Notes: generated by a model not told the origin, from the sequence alone. A stretch of DNA of 63,902 bases, filler included, from Octopus bimaculoides (GCF_001194135.2; 7 parts of 6 records of this genome joined end to end with filler, not necessarily neighbours in it), one strand, 5' to 3'. Shown: positions 1-12,680, counted from the whole stretch's first letter. Numbers and translations: made by a program.

Positions 1-172
1 GAGAGTCAACACGTACAGAAGCGACGAGAGGGGGCATCCCTGACGGACCGAACGTGCAATGTCGAAGGGTCTTGATAGATGCCCATTGACGCGAACTACT
101 GAACGGATGCCTCTGTACAAGGCAGCCATCCAGCCGCGGAAAATGGGACCGAAGCCGGCCGCTATGAGGACA

Positions 173-216
<44 letters not shown>
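1..216 (+). mobile_element. Probable 3' end of an RTE-type LINE with a (GATA)n tail
   Basis: GCAGCCATCCAGCCGCGGAAAA resembles the GGGCATCCAGCCATAAAA segment in the RTE 3' UTR near 61822. The unique sequence ends in (GATA)n at 173-216. Confidence 0.35.
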
Positions 217-379
217 GTATTAGGTATCGGTTAATGAATCACTCAAAAATTTCAAGGAAATGTAGAGGTAAACGCATGCTTGGTCAGATAATCTTTGATG
301 CATGCCGACCATCACTTAGTGAAGTTCTCATTAATCAAGTTGAGTCAGCGGGCCAAATATGCAAGTAAGCCTTAAGCTC

Positions 380-620
380 TAAGACTCATAGGGCCGTTGA
401 CCCGATCTCTACAGCTTATAAATGACCGAGGTCACAACATTAACTCCTTGGACGAGACGTCCGTCTGTCGCAGGGTGACTCATTACTGCTGAATGAACTG
501 GAGTAAAGTAAAATGAATTTTGAATTTTTTTGGTTCAAGGATACAACACACCACCCGGTCCGGGAATCGAACTCCGATCTTGTTATCATTAGTGCAATAA
601 CCTAACATCAAGGTCATATG
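380..620 (-). mobile_element. Degenerate tRNA-derived SINE
   Basis: Reverse strand carries a B-box-like GGAGTTCGATTCCCGGACCGG followed by GTGTTGTATCCTTGAACC. Related copies lie at 10480, 14880 and 47500. Confidence 0.6.
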
Positions 621-629
621 TTTTCACTA

Positions 630-1850
630 TGGTCAAATGGTCAAATATGTAGCTGGCAAAACTTATCATTATTGCTAACTAGATTAATACCGTTTTAAGT
701 GAAGCATCAGCTGCGGTTACTGACCTCAAGGGATTGTTTATCATTGACACTTCGAAAAGGCACACCACTCCTCGTAGCTCCGGATTGTATAATGATGATG
801 GTTTAGCAATTGCTTAATTCATGAACAACAATACCATGAATAGCTTTTGAGACAATCTAATACGGATATTGAAGGAATTTAATTGAAAAGCAACAATTAG
901 GAACAACCGAACAATGACAAATTTATACGACATTAGATTTAAACGCAAGCAAACTATATCATCGGTACCAAAAAGGCAAGCAACGATACCATGTGTCTAA
1001 AAGATATTATAATCACTACCTGTTATGAATATGAAACTTGCCATCAAAATAATTGAAAAAATATTCAAATCTATTCGTAAACAAGAACAACCTTAACACA
1101 GCCGTTTTGTACAATCATAACAGGTTGGATTGGGGTAGATTTAATGAGAAGTAAGTATACCAGGAATAGGTGCTTCATACATATACTATAACCTAACCAG
1201 AAGAGCAAAGTGGTCTAATTTAATCCACCGTATAACACGAATCTGGCTTGAAAATTTTGCTTTATGAGACATAGCCTACATACACATAAATACAAAGTCT
1301 TCAAAATTCATGACTTTAAAATCAGATATCTGTGTCTGGATACCTTCACTCTTCAGAAAAAACACTATTATTGAAACAGGTTGGATGTTGAGGTAGGCTA
1401 TTCGAGAATTCTCATCATAAAAAACAATTATTTTATAACTACCGAAATCATCGAATTTACTTAGTGATTCTTGCTTCGTCAAAACGGAGATATACAGAGA
1501 AATTTAAATAACGCCCACTTCTATGGAAGCTTTTTATGTATGATATACTGTCCAATGTCGATATCATTAACACATATGTTCATTCACAAGGAACAAAGAA
1601 AACTTCATTTTTTTCTTCCGATATTTCAACTAACGCCGAGGACACGAATAAGAACACACACCCAATAACATCTAACACTGTCGAAAAACATAAATGCAAC
1701 CCAAAACTGGAGGATATGTCTAAATAAAAATTTTAATATATTAAATGAGCCAACAATATCGCTTGAGTGGAAATCTGAGATATTGCCTAGGTGCCATCAT
1801 CATAGAAGATATCTTTTGGCCAACTCGAATATCCATGGCTTACTTATATA
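630..1850 (+). mobile_element. Decayed Penelope-like element (RT and GIY-YIG remnants)
   Basis: Translates to GLYNDDGLAI at 782-811 (PLE RT GLYRDDGL motif), FNPPYNTN at 1219-1242 (PLE WFNPP linker) and EILPRCHHHRRYLLAN near 1780-1826 (PLE C-terminal C-x-H motif). Many stops and frameshifts. Confidence 0.75.
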
Positions 1851-2221
1851 AGCACCACGCAGCAACTGCCCCCTCATAACTGGATGTTTGGACATGGTGC
1901 TTTCTTAAGACCATTGCAATATATTTAGTAACAGTGACATTTTTTTGTCAACAATATATACATGTGTGTGTGTGTGGGTGTGTGTATTCAACAGTATGAG
2001 CCACCCTTTGCCAATGAGAATCGTCCTGACAAATGTTCTGATAAAACAGTGCTCCAACCTACGAAAACTACTTGTGCAAGTGCTTGAAATGCTCAACTGC
2101 TAGGACGTAAGCGCTACTCGATCTTTAAACATGCATTACACACATTTCCGTTTATCAGCAAAAACTTTATATTGCTCATAGACACACACACACACACATA
2201 TGTATATAAATATCAATAATG

Positions 2222-2259
<38 letters not shown>

Positions 2260-2805
2260 CGTGTATATATATGTATACATATATATGTATGTATATATAT
2301 ATNNNNNNNNNNNNNNNNNNNNNNNNNNNNNNNNNNNNNNNNNNNNNNNNNNNNNNNNNNNNNNNNNNNNNNNNNNNNNNNNNNNNNNNNNNNNNNNNNN
2401 NNNNNNNNNNNNNNNNNNNNNNNNNNNNNNNNNNNNNNNNNNNNNNNNNNNNNNNNNNNNNNNNNNNNNNNNNNNNNNNNNNNNNNNNNNNNNNNNNNNN
2501 NNNNNNNNNNNNNNNNNNNNNNNNNNNNNNNNNNNNNNNNNNNNNNNNNNNNNNNNNNNNNNNNNNNNNNNNNNNNNNNNNNNNNNNNNNNNNNNNNNNN
2601 NNNNNNNNNNNNNNNNNNNNNNNNNNNNNNNNNNNNNNNNNNNNNNNNNNNNNNNNNNNNNNNNNNNNNNNNNNNNNNNNNNNNNNNNNNNNNNNNNNNN
2701 NNNNNNNNNNNNNNNNNNNNNNNNNNNNNNNNNNNNNNNNNNNNNNNNNNNNNNNNNNNNNNNNNNNNNNNNNNNNNNNNNNNNNNNNNNNNNNNNNNNN
2801 NNNNN

Positions 2806-2875
<70 letters not shown>

Positions 2876-3425
2876 GTAGTAATGTATGTTTAAATATGTA
2901 TGTATAAATATTTATGTGTAAATCTCTGCAAGTATTAAATATTTATTATGAAAATCTCAATTGTTTCGTTGAAATAGACAAAATCATTGGCGGTTGCCAT
3001 GGTGGTAGTGGATGATAATAACGGTGGGTTTTGTGGTCGTGGTTGTTTTGCTAAAGGTAGTGGTGGTGGTGGTAGTGGTGATGATGGTAGTAGTGATGGT
3101 GGTGGTAGCGGTGCTGGTAATCGCAGTGGTGTTGATAGTGGTAGATTGTAATTAATGTTGGTAATAGTGCTGGATTTGACGGCTGTGCTGGTAGCTTTAG
3201 CTGAAGTGATATTGAAGATGATGATGATGATGATGATGATGATGGTGACGATATTACTGCGTTTGTTATGGTTGATATTGTTGTTGCAATTGTTCGTATT
3301 TTGATTCTACTGGTGCAGACAGTTGTCACCCTTGTTTTTAGCTGTGGTAGACCTAGGTTAGCGTATCTGGTCATTTTGGCTATATGTTGCCTAGACAGAC
3401 AGATACACAGAAAGAATAGACATAC

Positions 3426-3830
3426 AGGCGCAGGAGTGGCTGTGTGGTAAGTAGCTTGCTTACCAACCACATGGTTCCGGGTTCAGTCCCACTGCGTAGC
3501 ACATTGGGCAAGTGTCTTCTACTATAGCCTCGGGCCGACCAAAGCCTTGTGAGTGGATTTGGTAGACGAAAACTGAAAGAAGCCCGTCGTATATATGCAT
3601 ATGTGTATATATGTATGTATGTTTGTGTGTCTGTGTTTGTACCCCCAACATCGTTTGACAACCGATGCTGGTGTGTTTACGTCCCTGTAACTTAGCGGTT
3701 CGGCAAAGAGACCGATAGAATAAGTACTAGGCTTACAAAGAATAAGTCCTGGGGTCGAATTTCTCGACTAAAGGCGGTGCTCCGGCATGGCCGCAGTCAA
3801 ATGACTGAAACAAGTAAAATAGTAAAAGAG
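3426..3830 (+). mobile_element. Near full-length tRNA-derived SINE (family 1, the most abundant here)
   Basis: Head GGCGCAGGAGTGGCTGTGTGGTAAG...GGTTCAGTCCC (A/B-box-like), body GCCTTGTGAGTGGATTTGGTAGAC, internal microsatellite, tail ATGACTGAAACAAGTAAAA. More than 10 related copies in the window. Confidence 0.85.
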
Positions 3831-4141
3831 TATACATAATAGGTGATGTGCGAACCGAACTTTGTAACCATATGCATACCTGCCTGCGTCTATTTAGAAA
3901 ACAGCTTTTCTTTCTATAAGGAGAAAAAACGCTTAATATATTAAAGAGAAAGTTATTTTTAAGATATATAAGTAGAGAATATTAAAACAAATTCCAAGTT
4001 CTAATTCAGCACCAATAATGAACTTTTTCATCGGCTTACATTTGTTTCAGATATGCGTTCGGGTGGGTTAATCCTGGCGTATTTCTCCTGGATTAGTAAT
4101 CCTTTATTAAACCCTATTTATTTTGATATTAGATAGATAAG

Positions 4142-4181
<40 letters not shown>

Positions 4182-4202
4182 CAGACACGCAGACAGACAA
4201 AC

Positions 4203-4272
<70 letters not shown>

Positions 4273-4376
4273 CTGTGTGTGTTGAAGAAATCGACCTTTC
4301 CTAATGATAAAACGTCATTTCCTAAAACATTTTTGGCGTCATATGATGACGGAATATCCTGGATTCAAAAAGAGGA

Positions 4377-4660
4377 ACTCAGTATTTCGTATGACCACCG
4401 ATAGCGTCGATTACCGCCAGATATCTTCTGTACATTGAATATACCAAACGATAGACGAAGGCCATGGGGATAGCAACCCATATTCTGTTAAAACTTGCAG
4501 TGAGTTGTGTCGCAGTTGTGGACCTTGAACGGGTGTCAGTTAGCCTTCTTTGTATTTCGTCCAACAGGTGCCCTATGGGGTTCAAGTCCGGATTTAGGGC
4601 AGGTCATGGCAGTGTCTGGATATTGTGCTGTTGGAGAAAGTCTGTAACCTGGCAGTATGG
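4377..4660 (-). mobile_element. Tc1-family transposase C-terminal remnant
   Basis: Reverse translation reads HTAR.TDFLQQHNIQTLP*PALNPDLNPIGHLLDEIQRR...W.AIP....RLVYSMYRRYLAVIDAIGGHTKY*. This matches the Tc1 WPxxSPDLNPIE motif and the typical GGxTKY end. Confidence 0.85.
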
Positions 4661-5985
4661 ACAACTTCCTGAAAAGTTCCGAGGATTTCCTGGAAAGTTC
4701 CGAAGATTTTCTTTGAAAGAACCGAGGATTTTCCGGAAATTTCCGAGGATTTCATGGAAAGTTCAGAGGATTTAAGATCAACTTCCTGGAAAATTCCAAT
4801 GTTTTCATGGAAAGTTTCGAGGATTTCCTGGAAAATTCCGAGGGTTTTCCGGAGATTTACTGGTAAGTTTCGAGGATTCAAGATCACCTTCCTGGAAAAT
4901 TCCGGTGATTTTCCTGGAAAGTTCCGAGACTTCACGGGAAATTCCGGGGGTTTCCGGAATTCTCCGAGGATTTCATGGAAAGTTCCGATGATTTAAGATT
5001 AACTTCCTGGAAATTTCCGGGGGGTTCGTGGAAAGTTCCGATGGTTTCCCGGGGATTTCATGGTAAGTTCCGAGGATTTAAGATCAACTTCCTGGAAAAC
5101 TCCCGGATTTCCTGGAAAGTTCCGAGGAATTCATGGGAAGTTCCGATGATTTCCCGGAGATTTCATGGAAAGTTCCGGTGATTTCCTGGTAAGTTGCGAG
5201 GATTTAAGATCAACATCCTGGAAAATTCCGAGGATTTTACTTGAAAGTACCGGGGATTTCCTGGAAAGTTCCGAGGCTTTTCCTAGAAATTTCTGGGGTT
5301 TTCATGGAAAATTCCGAGGATATCCTGGAAATTTTCGAGGATTTCCCTGGAAATTCCGAGGATTTTCTGGAATGTGCCATTGATTTCCTGGAAACTTCCG
5401 AGGATTTTCATGGAAAGTTCCGGGGGTTTAAGATCAACTTCCCTGGAAATTCCTAGGAATTTCTGGAAAGTTCCGGGCATTTTCCTGGAAAGTTCCGAGG
5501 GAGAGCAACTTCTGGAAAAATTTTAGGAGTTCCGATGCGTTCCTGTAGAGTTCCGATGACTTCCTGGGAATTTCCGAGGGCTTGTTGGAAAATTCGAGGA
5601 TGATCAACTTCCCGGAATGTTCGAAAATGAACAACTTCCTGGAAGGTTCCTAGGTCTTCCTGGAAGGTTCCTAGGGCTTCCTGGAAAGTTCCCAAGATTG
5701 TATTTTCTGGAGAGTTCTGTGGGCTTCCTGGATAGTTTCGAATGGAAAGTTTCGAGGTCTTCCTGGAATGTTCCAACGATGAGCAACTTCTTGGAATGTT
5801 CCGTGGACTTCCTGGAAATTTCCGAGGATGGTACTTCCTAAAAAGTTCCGAATTCATTCCTGGAAATTTCCAAAGGGAGAAGGGGTGGAATTACTTGCTG
5901 GAAATTTCCGAGGAGGATGTGCGAATTACTTCCTCTAAAGTTCCAGGGTGGGGTAGGAATTACTTCCTGGAAAGTTTCGAGGAGG
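4661..5985. repeat. Complex minisatellite of 10-11 bp palindromic subunits (about 21-bp unit AAGTTCCGAGGATTTCCTGGA, with a higher-order marker TTTAAGATCAACTTCC)
   Basis: Directly visible tandem repetition. The higher-order marker recurs near 4771, 4879, 4992, 5072, 5204 and 5428. Confidence 0.9.
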
Positions 5986-5999
5986 TGGTAATGTCCCTC

Positions 6000-6190
6000 C
6001 CTCCAATACGATCTACAAGTTTTAGCGGCTTCAATTTCCTGTCACACTTTCCTTTGCAATGGCAATATATAATGCACAGGGTCTATCATTGCAAATGGAC
6101 GGCATTTCTTCACATCTTCCAAATCTCCCCAATCATCTGCCGCCTCAAAAGCTTCGTACTTGCCGTGCCAACCAACGTAAGTCAATGACA
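6000..6190 (+). mobile_element. Helitron PIF1-type helicase fragment
   Basis: 6026 onward translates to RLQFPVTLSFAMAIYNAQGLSLQMDGI, matching the Helitron helicase motif RxQFPVxLxFAMTINKSQGQSL. An in-frame TAG sits just upstream. Confidence 0.75.
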
Positions 6191-6865
6191 CACAACTCAT
6201 TCACTCTATCTTTCTTTCTTACCTTCTTTCTCTCTCACATACACACACACACGCACGTCCATTTCATATATCTTTCAATTTCTGCTCTCTGCAAATAAAA
6301 TTTTTATGGATACAACTGCTTACAAAAATTGGGATTAATGTATAATTTCTTTCTATGTTCATAATTAAATAAATGTTTTAATGATTATACAGACGTCCNN
6401 NNNNNNNNNNNNNNNNNNNNNNNNNNNNNNNNNNNNNNNNNNNNNNNNNNNNNNNNNNNNNNNNNNNNNNNNNNNNNNNNNNNNNNNNNNNNNNNNNNNN
6501 NNNNNNNNNNNNNNNNNNNNNNNNNNNNNNNNNNNNNNNNNNNNNNNNNNNNNNNNNNNNNNNNNNNNNNNNNNNNNNNNNNNNNNNNNNNNNNNNNNNN
6601 NNNNNNNNNNNNNNNNNNNNNNNNNNNNNNNNNNNNNNNNNNNNNNNNNNNNNNNNNNNNNNNNNNNNNNNNNNNNNNNNNNNNNNNNNNNNNNNNNNNN
6701 NNNNNNNNNNNNNNNNNNNNNNNNNNNNNNNNNNNNNNNNNNNNNNNNNNNNNNNNNNNNNNNNNNNNNNNNNNNNNNNNNNNNNNNNNNNNNNNNNNNN
6801 NNNNNNNNNNNNNNNNNNNNNNNNNNNNNNNNNNNNNNNNNNNNNNNNNNNNNNNNNNNNNNNNG

Positions 6866-6896
<31 letters not shown>

Positions 6897-7449
6897 GTAT
6901 ATAAGGCAAATGAAAGACAGAAAATGGAATATACGAAAATCTATTATTAATCACGACAATTGTTTCAACACATCTAGTATCGATCCCTCACCGGTGACAC
7001 ACTTAACAACTGGTTCAGATGCATTCGGCGGTCCAGATGTATCTCATCGGGGGATAAATAGTCACAATTCTTTAAAATGAAAGTTCCACTATATAACTTC
7101 TCGTTTTGTAGAAAGAAAAGCAGCCAGGCGGAGGAAACATCTTCATTTACATAGAAGATCAAAAATTAAATCACAGATGTAAAAAGAGAAACGAACACGC
7201 AATACCACGAGAAAATGTTTTTAAATAACCGTTAACAAATATGGATGTATAAAGGCCCTCAAGCAAGCTGCATGGTGCGAGTGCACTCGCTCATACAAGC
7301 ATCCGCGAAACGTGAGCATACACACACGTGAGGTTTGGTGCGCTAATGATCACAAGGCGAGTTAACTATCAACTTGGTGTTTGTAAGAATAGGGAGGTTA
7401 ACAGTAAACTTAAGTCATCCATACCTTAAAGTAAATTATGTTAACGGTT

Positions 7450-8400
7450 ATTCAAAATTCATTCCCACTGCATTATGCGAAAGTACATTTATATGCGTGT
7501 AGGCATTTCGAGTCTTTCAGAAGTTCTATTAATGACCTTCTCATTAGTCCACAGAATGGACAGGGATTCCTAGGAATAGGGACGGCATCTACTGAAAATT
7601 ATATTGTATGGTTTCGCGTGCCTTACTATGGACCAATTTATGCTGTGCTTCATTTTATCCTCCTTTAGTCGCCATATAAAATCGGTCAAAGATGTTGAAT
7701 GTCTCTTATTTATTGTCTTAAAGCTGTCGACATGGTTACGATAATGATTCTTAAATAAATCAGTCGTCTGCTCAATGTAAACATACGGCCCTTGTGTGCA
7801 CGGTACATTTATATACAAGTTTTGTACTCATACATTTCATCAATGGATATTTTGATTTTTCTCTGCATGAGTATTTATCGTAGTTATTTGTGCATAAGGC
7901 AGTCCCGACTCCATTTACCGACGTTATTACCGTGTTAGCTGTATCATAAGTATTACTGCTATTACAGTTTGGCTGTAATTGGTGTTTTTCATTGTGGTTT
8001 ACATCTCCTTTGTTTGTATTTCGATGCGTATGTTCGCTAGATCCAGTAGGTGGGTAATTGAACCTTTGCCACCTCTTGATATTGTTTATGCGATGCATAA
8101 GCTGCTCTAAATTAGCAGAGTTAGCGTAAGATACCTTCACTGAGTGCCGATTAAAAATAGTATGATATCGATTAGATTTAGGAAAACACTGGTCCAAAGC
8201 AGCAAAAAATTTTCCAACGATCTTGGTTGAAACATGCGAACCGAAAATCAGGTTGAACCAGGGGACGTCCTGATTCCTTATTTGATCGAGTGTGTTGTAC
8301 AGGATTGGAACAAGCAGTTGGATTATTATATCACGTGTGTCTATGAGCTTTCGTTCATAGTTCATTGACATGATCAATTCTTCCTGGCTTGTATTCTCTG
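7450..8400 (-). mobile_element. Decayed Penelope-like element (linker and GIY-YIG endonuclease)
   Basis: ORF 7772-8377 has WFNLIFGSHVSTKIVGKFFAALDQCFPKSNRYHTIFNRHSVKVSY. ORF 7570-7818 has YIEQTTDLFKNHYRNHVDSF...STSLTDFIWRLK...INWSIV. Both are PLE-typical. Confidence 0.85.
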
Positions 8401-10479
8401 TCTGAGTGAGTTCTCAAACCGTGATAATGCAATGCTAGATGTGTCGAAACAATTTTAGTGATTAATAATAAATTCTCGTATAGAATAAAAAGTTTTGAAT
8501 GGTACAACAACGCACTATAATACAAAAAATGGACTATATACCTGTTGTAATTTAGTTATCCATAGTCATCGGACAAACAATACACAATGCTTGAAGCGAA
8601 CTACAATACTCTCAAATTCTCGTATATTCCATCTTCCGTCTTTCATTTGCCATATACATAACGATCACTGTGAAAGTGACCGTGCTTTACCAATAAGCTG
8701 CCAGGTGTAAACTATTTGTTTTATTATCCATTATATATATATATATATATATNNNNNNNNNNNNNNNNNNNNNNNNNNNNNNNNNNNNNNNNNNNNNNNN
8801 NNNNNNNNNNNNNNNNNNNNNNNNNNNNNNNNNNNNNNNNNNNNNNNNNNNNNNNNNNNNNNNNNNNNNNNNNNNNNNNNNNNNNNNNNNNNNNNNNNNN
8901 NNNNNNNNNNNNNNNNNNNNNNNNNNNNNNNNNNNNNNNNNNNNNNNNNNNNNNNNNNNNNNNNNNNNNNNNNNNNNNNNNNNNNNNNNNNNNNNNNNNN
9001 NNNNNNNNNNNNNNNNNNNNNNNNNNNNNNNNNNNNNNNNNNNNNNNNNNNNNNNNNNNNNNNNNNNNNNNNNNNNNNNNNNNNNNNNNNNNNNNNNNNN
9101 NNNNNNNNNNNNNNNNNNNNNNNNNNNNNNNNNNNNNNNNNNNNNNNNNNNNNNNNNNNNNNNNNNNNNNNNNNNNNNNNNNNNNNNNNNNNNNNNNNNN
9201 NNNNNNNNNNNNNNNNNNNNNNNNNNNNNNNNNNNNNNNNNNNNNNNNNNNNNNNNNNNNNNNNNNNNNNNNNNNNNNNNNNNNNNNNNNNNNNNNNNNN
9301 NNNNNNNNNNNNNNNNNNNNNNNNNNNNNNNNNNNNNNNNNNNNNNNNNNNNNNNNNNNNNNNNNNNNNNNNNNNNNNNNNNNNNNNNNNNNNNNNNNNN
9401 NNNNNNNNNNNNNNNNTCCATCATAGGACAGCAGCCATGATGTGACATCGCCTGTTGTCAATTATATAATGACTCCAATAGTTATTTGACTGTTATTTAT
9501 GTTATTTATTTCATCTAAAGGAGTTGAGTCGATACTGGTAAGATTTGAAATCACGAATTAACTGTGACATAATGAAACATTTTTTTCTTTGTTTAACACT
9601 CAAGTGATTGTGCCAATCAACACATCTTGAAAGTCAACCCTTTGCTAGACTAAAACATTTGCATAAATTCGTCCGAAACGCCATTACTTATCTCCAGACA
9701 GACGTTCTCTTTTCCTTAATGGCGGGTCAGTTTTGGAGAAGTTTTGATTCTGGAGAGTATCGTCCCTTTCTTAGGCAGGGCTGATCCTTATTACCATTTG
9801 GAAATACTTGCTCCAGCATTTACGTTGTATGGTATTCATTATACTTGTGTTTGACTATGTCATTCAAATACATATCACTGGCCACTCTGGGTAATTCCTT
9901 TTAGATTATTCTTGTTTAATTAATTCACAAGCCTTGTACCGATTTGTAACTATGACAGAAATCACTTGCTTATGATGTCTCAAAGTAGGATTGAAACTTA
10001 AGCTACATAAATGCGAAATGAATCTCTTTATCACACACCATATTGCAATGTAATCAATTTTACATTCACAATACGTTTATTTCCTTTAGTATATTAAATT
10101 GTTCTAACTCTTTATAAATGTTTATTTGTTTATTAATTTATGTCTCTCCACTGTCCAGGAACGAAACAGCGCTGCGAAACACCTGATAGATAATTAAATA
10201 CAGCACAGATGCCTGTAAGCCAAAATGTTTGCCAGCATATTTCTCTTAGTAATAGTCTAATTACGAAGATGCTATTTACATCATTAGAAGTCGCTATAAG
10301 ATATTGTATTTCTAGATACATTATTTTAAATCTAAAAGCTATATACTGTGCTATCCTTCGAAACATTTCCCTTGCCAGGAGGAAACTATAAAAAGAGCAA
10401 TATACACACTTGCAACAGAATAGTTTATTTCAAGACTCGGAGGATCGGAAGAATTAATCTCAGTACTCAGAGGCCTGAG

Positions 10480-10900
10480 TACCCGATATTGTGACCGGGA
10501 TCACAATATTTCCCCTAGACGCCAGTCCGTCGTGGGTTTGCTCATTTGCAACTGATTGGACCGGAGTAAAGTAAAAAGTGGAGTGTTTTGCTCAAGAACA
10601 CAACGTACGGCCCTCTCCGGGAATCGAAGCCTTGATCTTGCAATTGTGAGTGCAATAAAAAGGAAAAAAATGGCACTCCGTCGGTTACAACGACGAGGGT
10701 TCCTGCTGATCCGGTCAACGGAACAGCCTGGTAGTGAAAGGAACATGTAAGTGGATGATCACTCTACAGACACGCTTACTCTTATCCTAGTTCTCAGGGA
10801 GATTCAGCGTTGACACAGAATGTGATAACGCTGGTCCTTTGAAATACAGGTACTACTCATTTTTGCCAGCTCAGTGGATTGGGACAACAAAAAATTAAAT
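10480..10900 (-). mobile_element. Composite or nested SINE fragments
   Basis: Shares GTGTTTTGCTCAAGAACACAAC with 14880-15080, and ACGAGGGTTCC...GGAACAGCCTG...CCTTTGAAATACAGGTAC with 43470-43722 and 50860-51010. Confidence 0.6.
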
Positions 10901-11269
10901 GTCTTATTCAAGACCACAACGCTCTGCAACAACCTAAGGAATAGATCTTGCGCCTTGGCTAAGTTTCACAGAGCCATGGGAAATGTGAGGGAGCCACAGT
11001 CAGTAAATTGACAATGATGTATCTCTAGTTTTCGTTTTAACAAACTTAGAGGGATAAATGGTGCGGTTCATCCACCAGATTTGACTTAACGACAACACAA
11101 AACATTTGGCCGGCGTTCCAGTACCATACCTATCACGGAGGATAGGAGGGAGTGTCACTCGAAGGATGGAGTGTAATCGTGACTCTGGTCGCAGGCAAAG
11201 AGAGGAACAAGTAAAGCGACATCAGTTGAATGGAGGCAATATGAAGAGAAATGGCAGACTCGTTAGCAC

Positions 11270-11460
11270 GCTAGACAAAATGCTTGACAGAATCTCGTCA
11301 GTCTTTACATTCAAATTCCGCCGATGTTGACTTAGCCATTCATCCGTTCTGGGTCGATAATATAAGAACCAGCTGAGCACTTGTAGGGTGGGGTTATCGA
11401 TGTAATCGACTTAGCCCCTTCCCCAATTGGCCTTGTGCCAAAATTTGAAACTAATTTATG
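11270..11460 (+). mobile_element. SINE family 2 copy
   Basis: TTCAAATTCCGCCGATGTTGACTTAGCCATTCATCC...GATGTAATCGACTTAGCCCC; homologous to 25110-25285. Confidence 0.65.
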
Positions 11461-11479
11461 AGGAGAAAGCTTATCAGAC

Positions 11480-11638
11480 GTAGTATGGCTGTATGGTTAA
11501 GAATCTTACTGTGCAACTACAGTCCCACTGGGTGATTTACGTTTCAGTCCCACTGCACATCCATAGTACAAGTGTCTTCTACTATAACTCTGGACCAACC
11601 AATGCCTTATGAGTAGACGAAAATTCTGTATGCGGTGT

Positions 11639-11714
<76 letters not shown>

Positions 11715-11925
11715 GTGTGTGTGTTTGTGTTTGTTTCTGTCCGACTACTGTTGGACAATTGCTGTCCGTTTTTTTATGTCCCCAGAATCTAGCAGTTCGT
11801 CAAAAGTGTACGATAGAAAAGGGCTAGATTACTTCAAAAATAGGGTACTGGAGTCGATCTATTCAACTAAAACCCTTCAATTTGGTGCTCCAGCATAGCC
11901 ACAGTCCATTGACTAAAACAAATAA
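11480..11925 (+). mobile_element. SINE family 1 copy (degenerate, with a (GT)n insert)
   Basis: Collinear similarity to 3426-3830. Confidence 0.7.
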
Positions 11926-12179
11926 AAGGTAAGAAGATATGAGAGAGGGAGAGAGAGAGAGAGAACGGGAGAAGGCGAGTAACCGAAGAGATTGTAAAAT
12001 TAAAAGATAGAAGGAGGATAAGAAAGTTAGTTGTTAGGAACATATTCAGAATTATTATTATATTACCGAAGCAAAAAATTTCAATAGCTACCAAAAGACA
12101 AAAAAATATATTATTCAAAATCGAACACAAAAGTTCAGAATAACGGAATCAACAACAATTCTTTTTTAGAAGAAAATTT

Positions 12180-12520
12180 ACTGCGTCATATATGTGATTT
12201 TATGGATATCGATTGTCAATTTTGTAGAAGCAAGCATTTTTATTTTCATCACGGCTTCCCTCATAGGGTATATTCAATAATTGCAATCACTTGGCTAAAA
12301 TAAAATTGCCTAACCGAAGAGAACAGTCTTCGTAATATAATGAGAAATTCAAGGAATTCTAATTACAAAAAGACTTCAAAATGCCATTTGGTCATGTAAC
12401 ACTACATTCTCTTGTGCTTCCTTCAGAACTCGCATATTGACTGCTTTTCATTATGGTCCCTAAGGTTTTCATGTTTTTGTTCAAATCTATTATCCAATAC
12501 CCAATATGTATCCTGGTAGA
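12180..12520 (+). mobile_element. Helitron Rep N-terminal remnant
   Basis: Fragments translate to MDIDCQFCRSKHF, FNNCNHLAKIKLPN and YGP*GFHVFVQIYYPIPNMYP. These resemble the Helitron N-terminal C-x2-C-x3-F / CC-x2-G-x-I-x-LP / GP-x2-F-x-I-x-GQIYH pattern. Confidence 0.55.
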
Positions 12521-12680
12521 CAATATTGGATATAGTTGAAATTTACAGAAATTTCAGTTTCTGTCTACCAAACTCAGGGGATATAGTAGAAGACACTTGC
12601 CCACGTTGCTACGCAGTGGGACTGAATCCGGAACCATGTGGTTGGTAAGCAAGCTACTTACCACACAGTCACTTCTGAGC
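12520..12680 (-). mobile_element. SINE family 1, 5' half
   Basis: Reverse complement of the 3426-3580 head and body. Confidence 0.8.

Noticed and set aside
2010-2075. CTGATAA...CGAAAAC hammerhead-like words downstream of the first PLE
   Set aside because: No convincing stem II or stem I pairing, and the core is mutated.
2200-2893. Long ORFs made of X, YI, CV, HT, poly-S/E/K/H/L (here and in most of the ORF track)
   Set aside because: They are produced by N gaps and di- or trinucleotide microsatellites; no coding signal.
4594-5857. Overlapping 60-134 aa ORFs on both strands
   Set aside because: The minisatellite unit simply lacks stop codons in several frames.
4661-5985. CRISPR-like appearance (palindromic repeats)
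   Set aside because: No unique spacers, no cas genes, and a eukaryotic context; it is a tandem minisatellite.
7262-7320. GCGAGTGCACTCGC hairpin followed by GAAACGTGAGC
   Set aside because: No CUGANGA box, the triplet would be GUG, and it is antisense to the adjacent PLE.
8420-8460. GTGATAA...CGAAACAATTTT near the 5' end of the second PLE
   Set aside because: Multiple core changes and no stem I.
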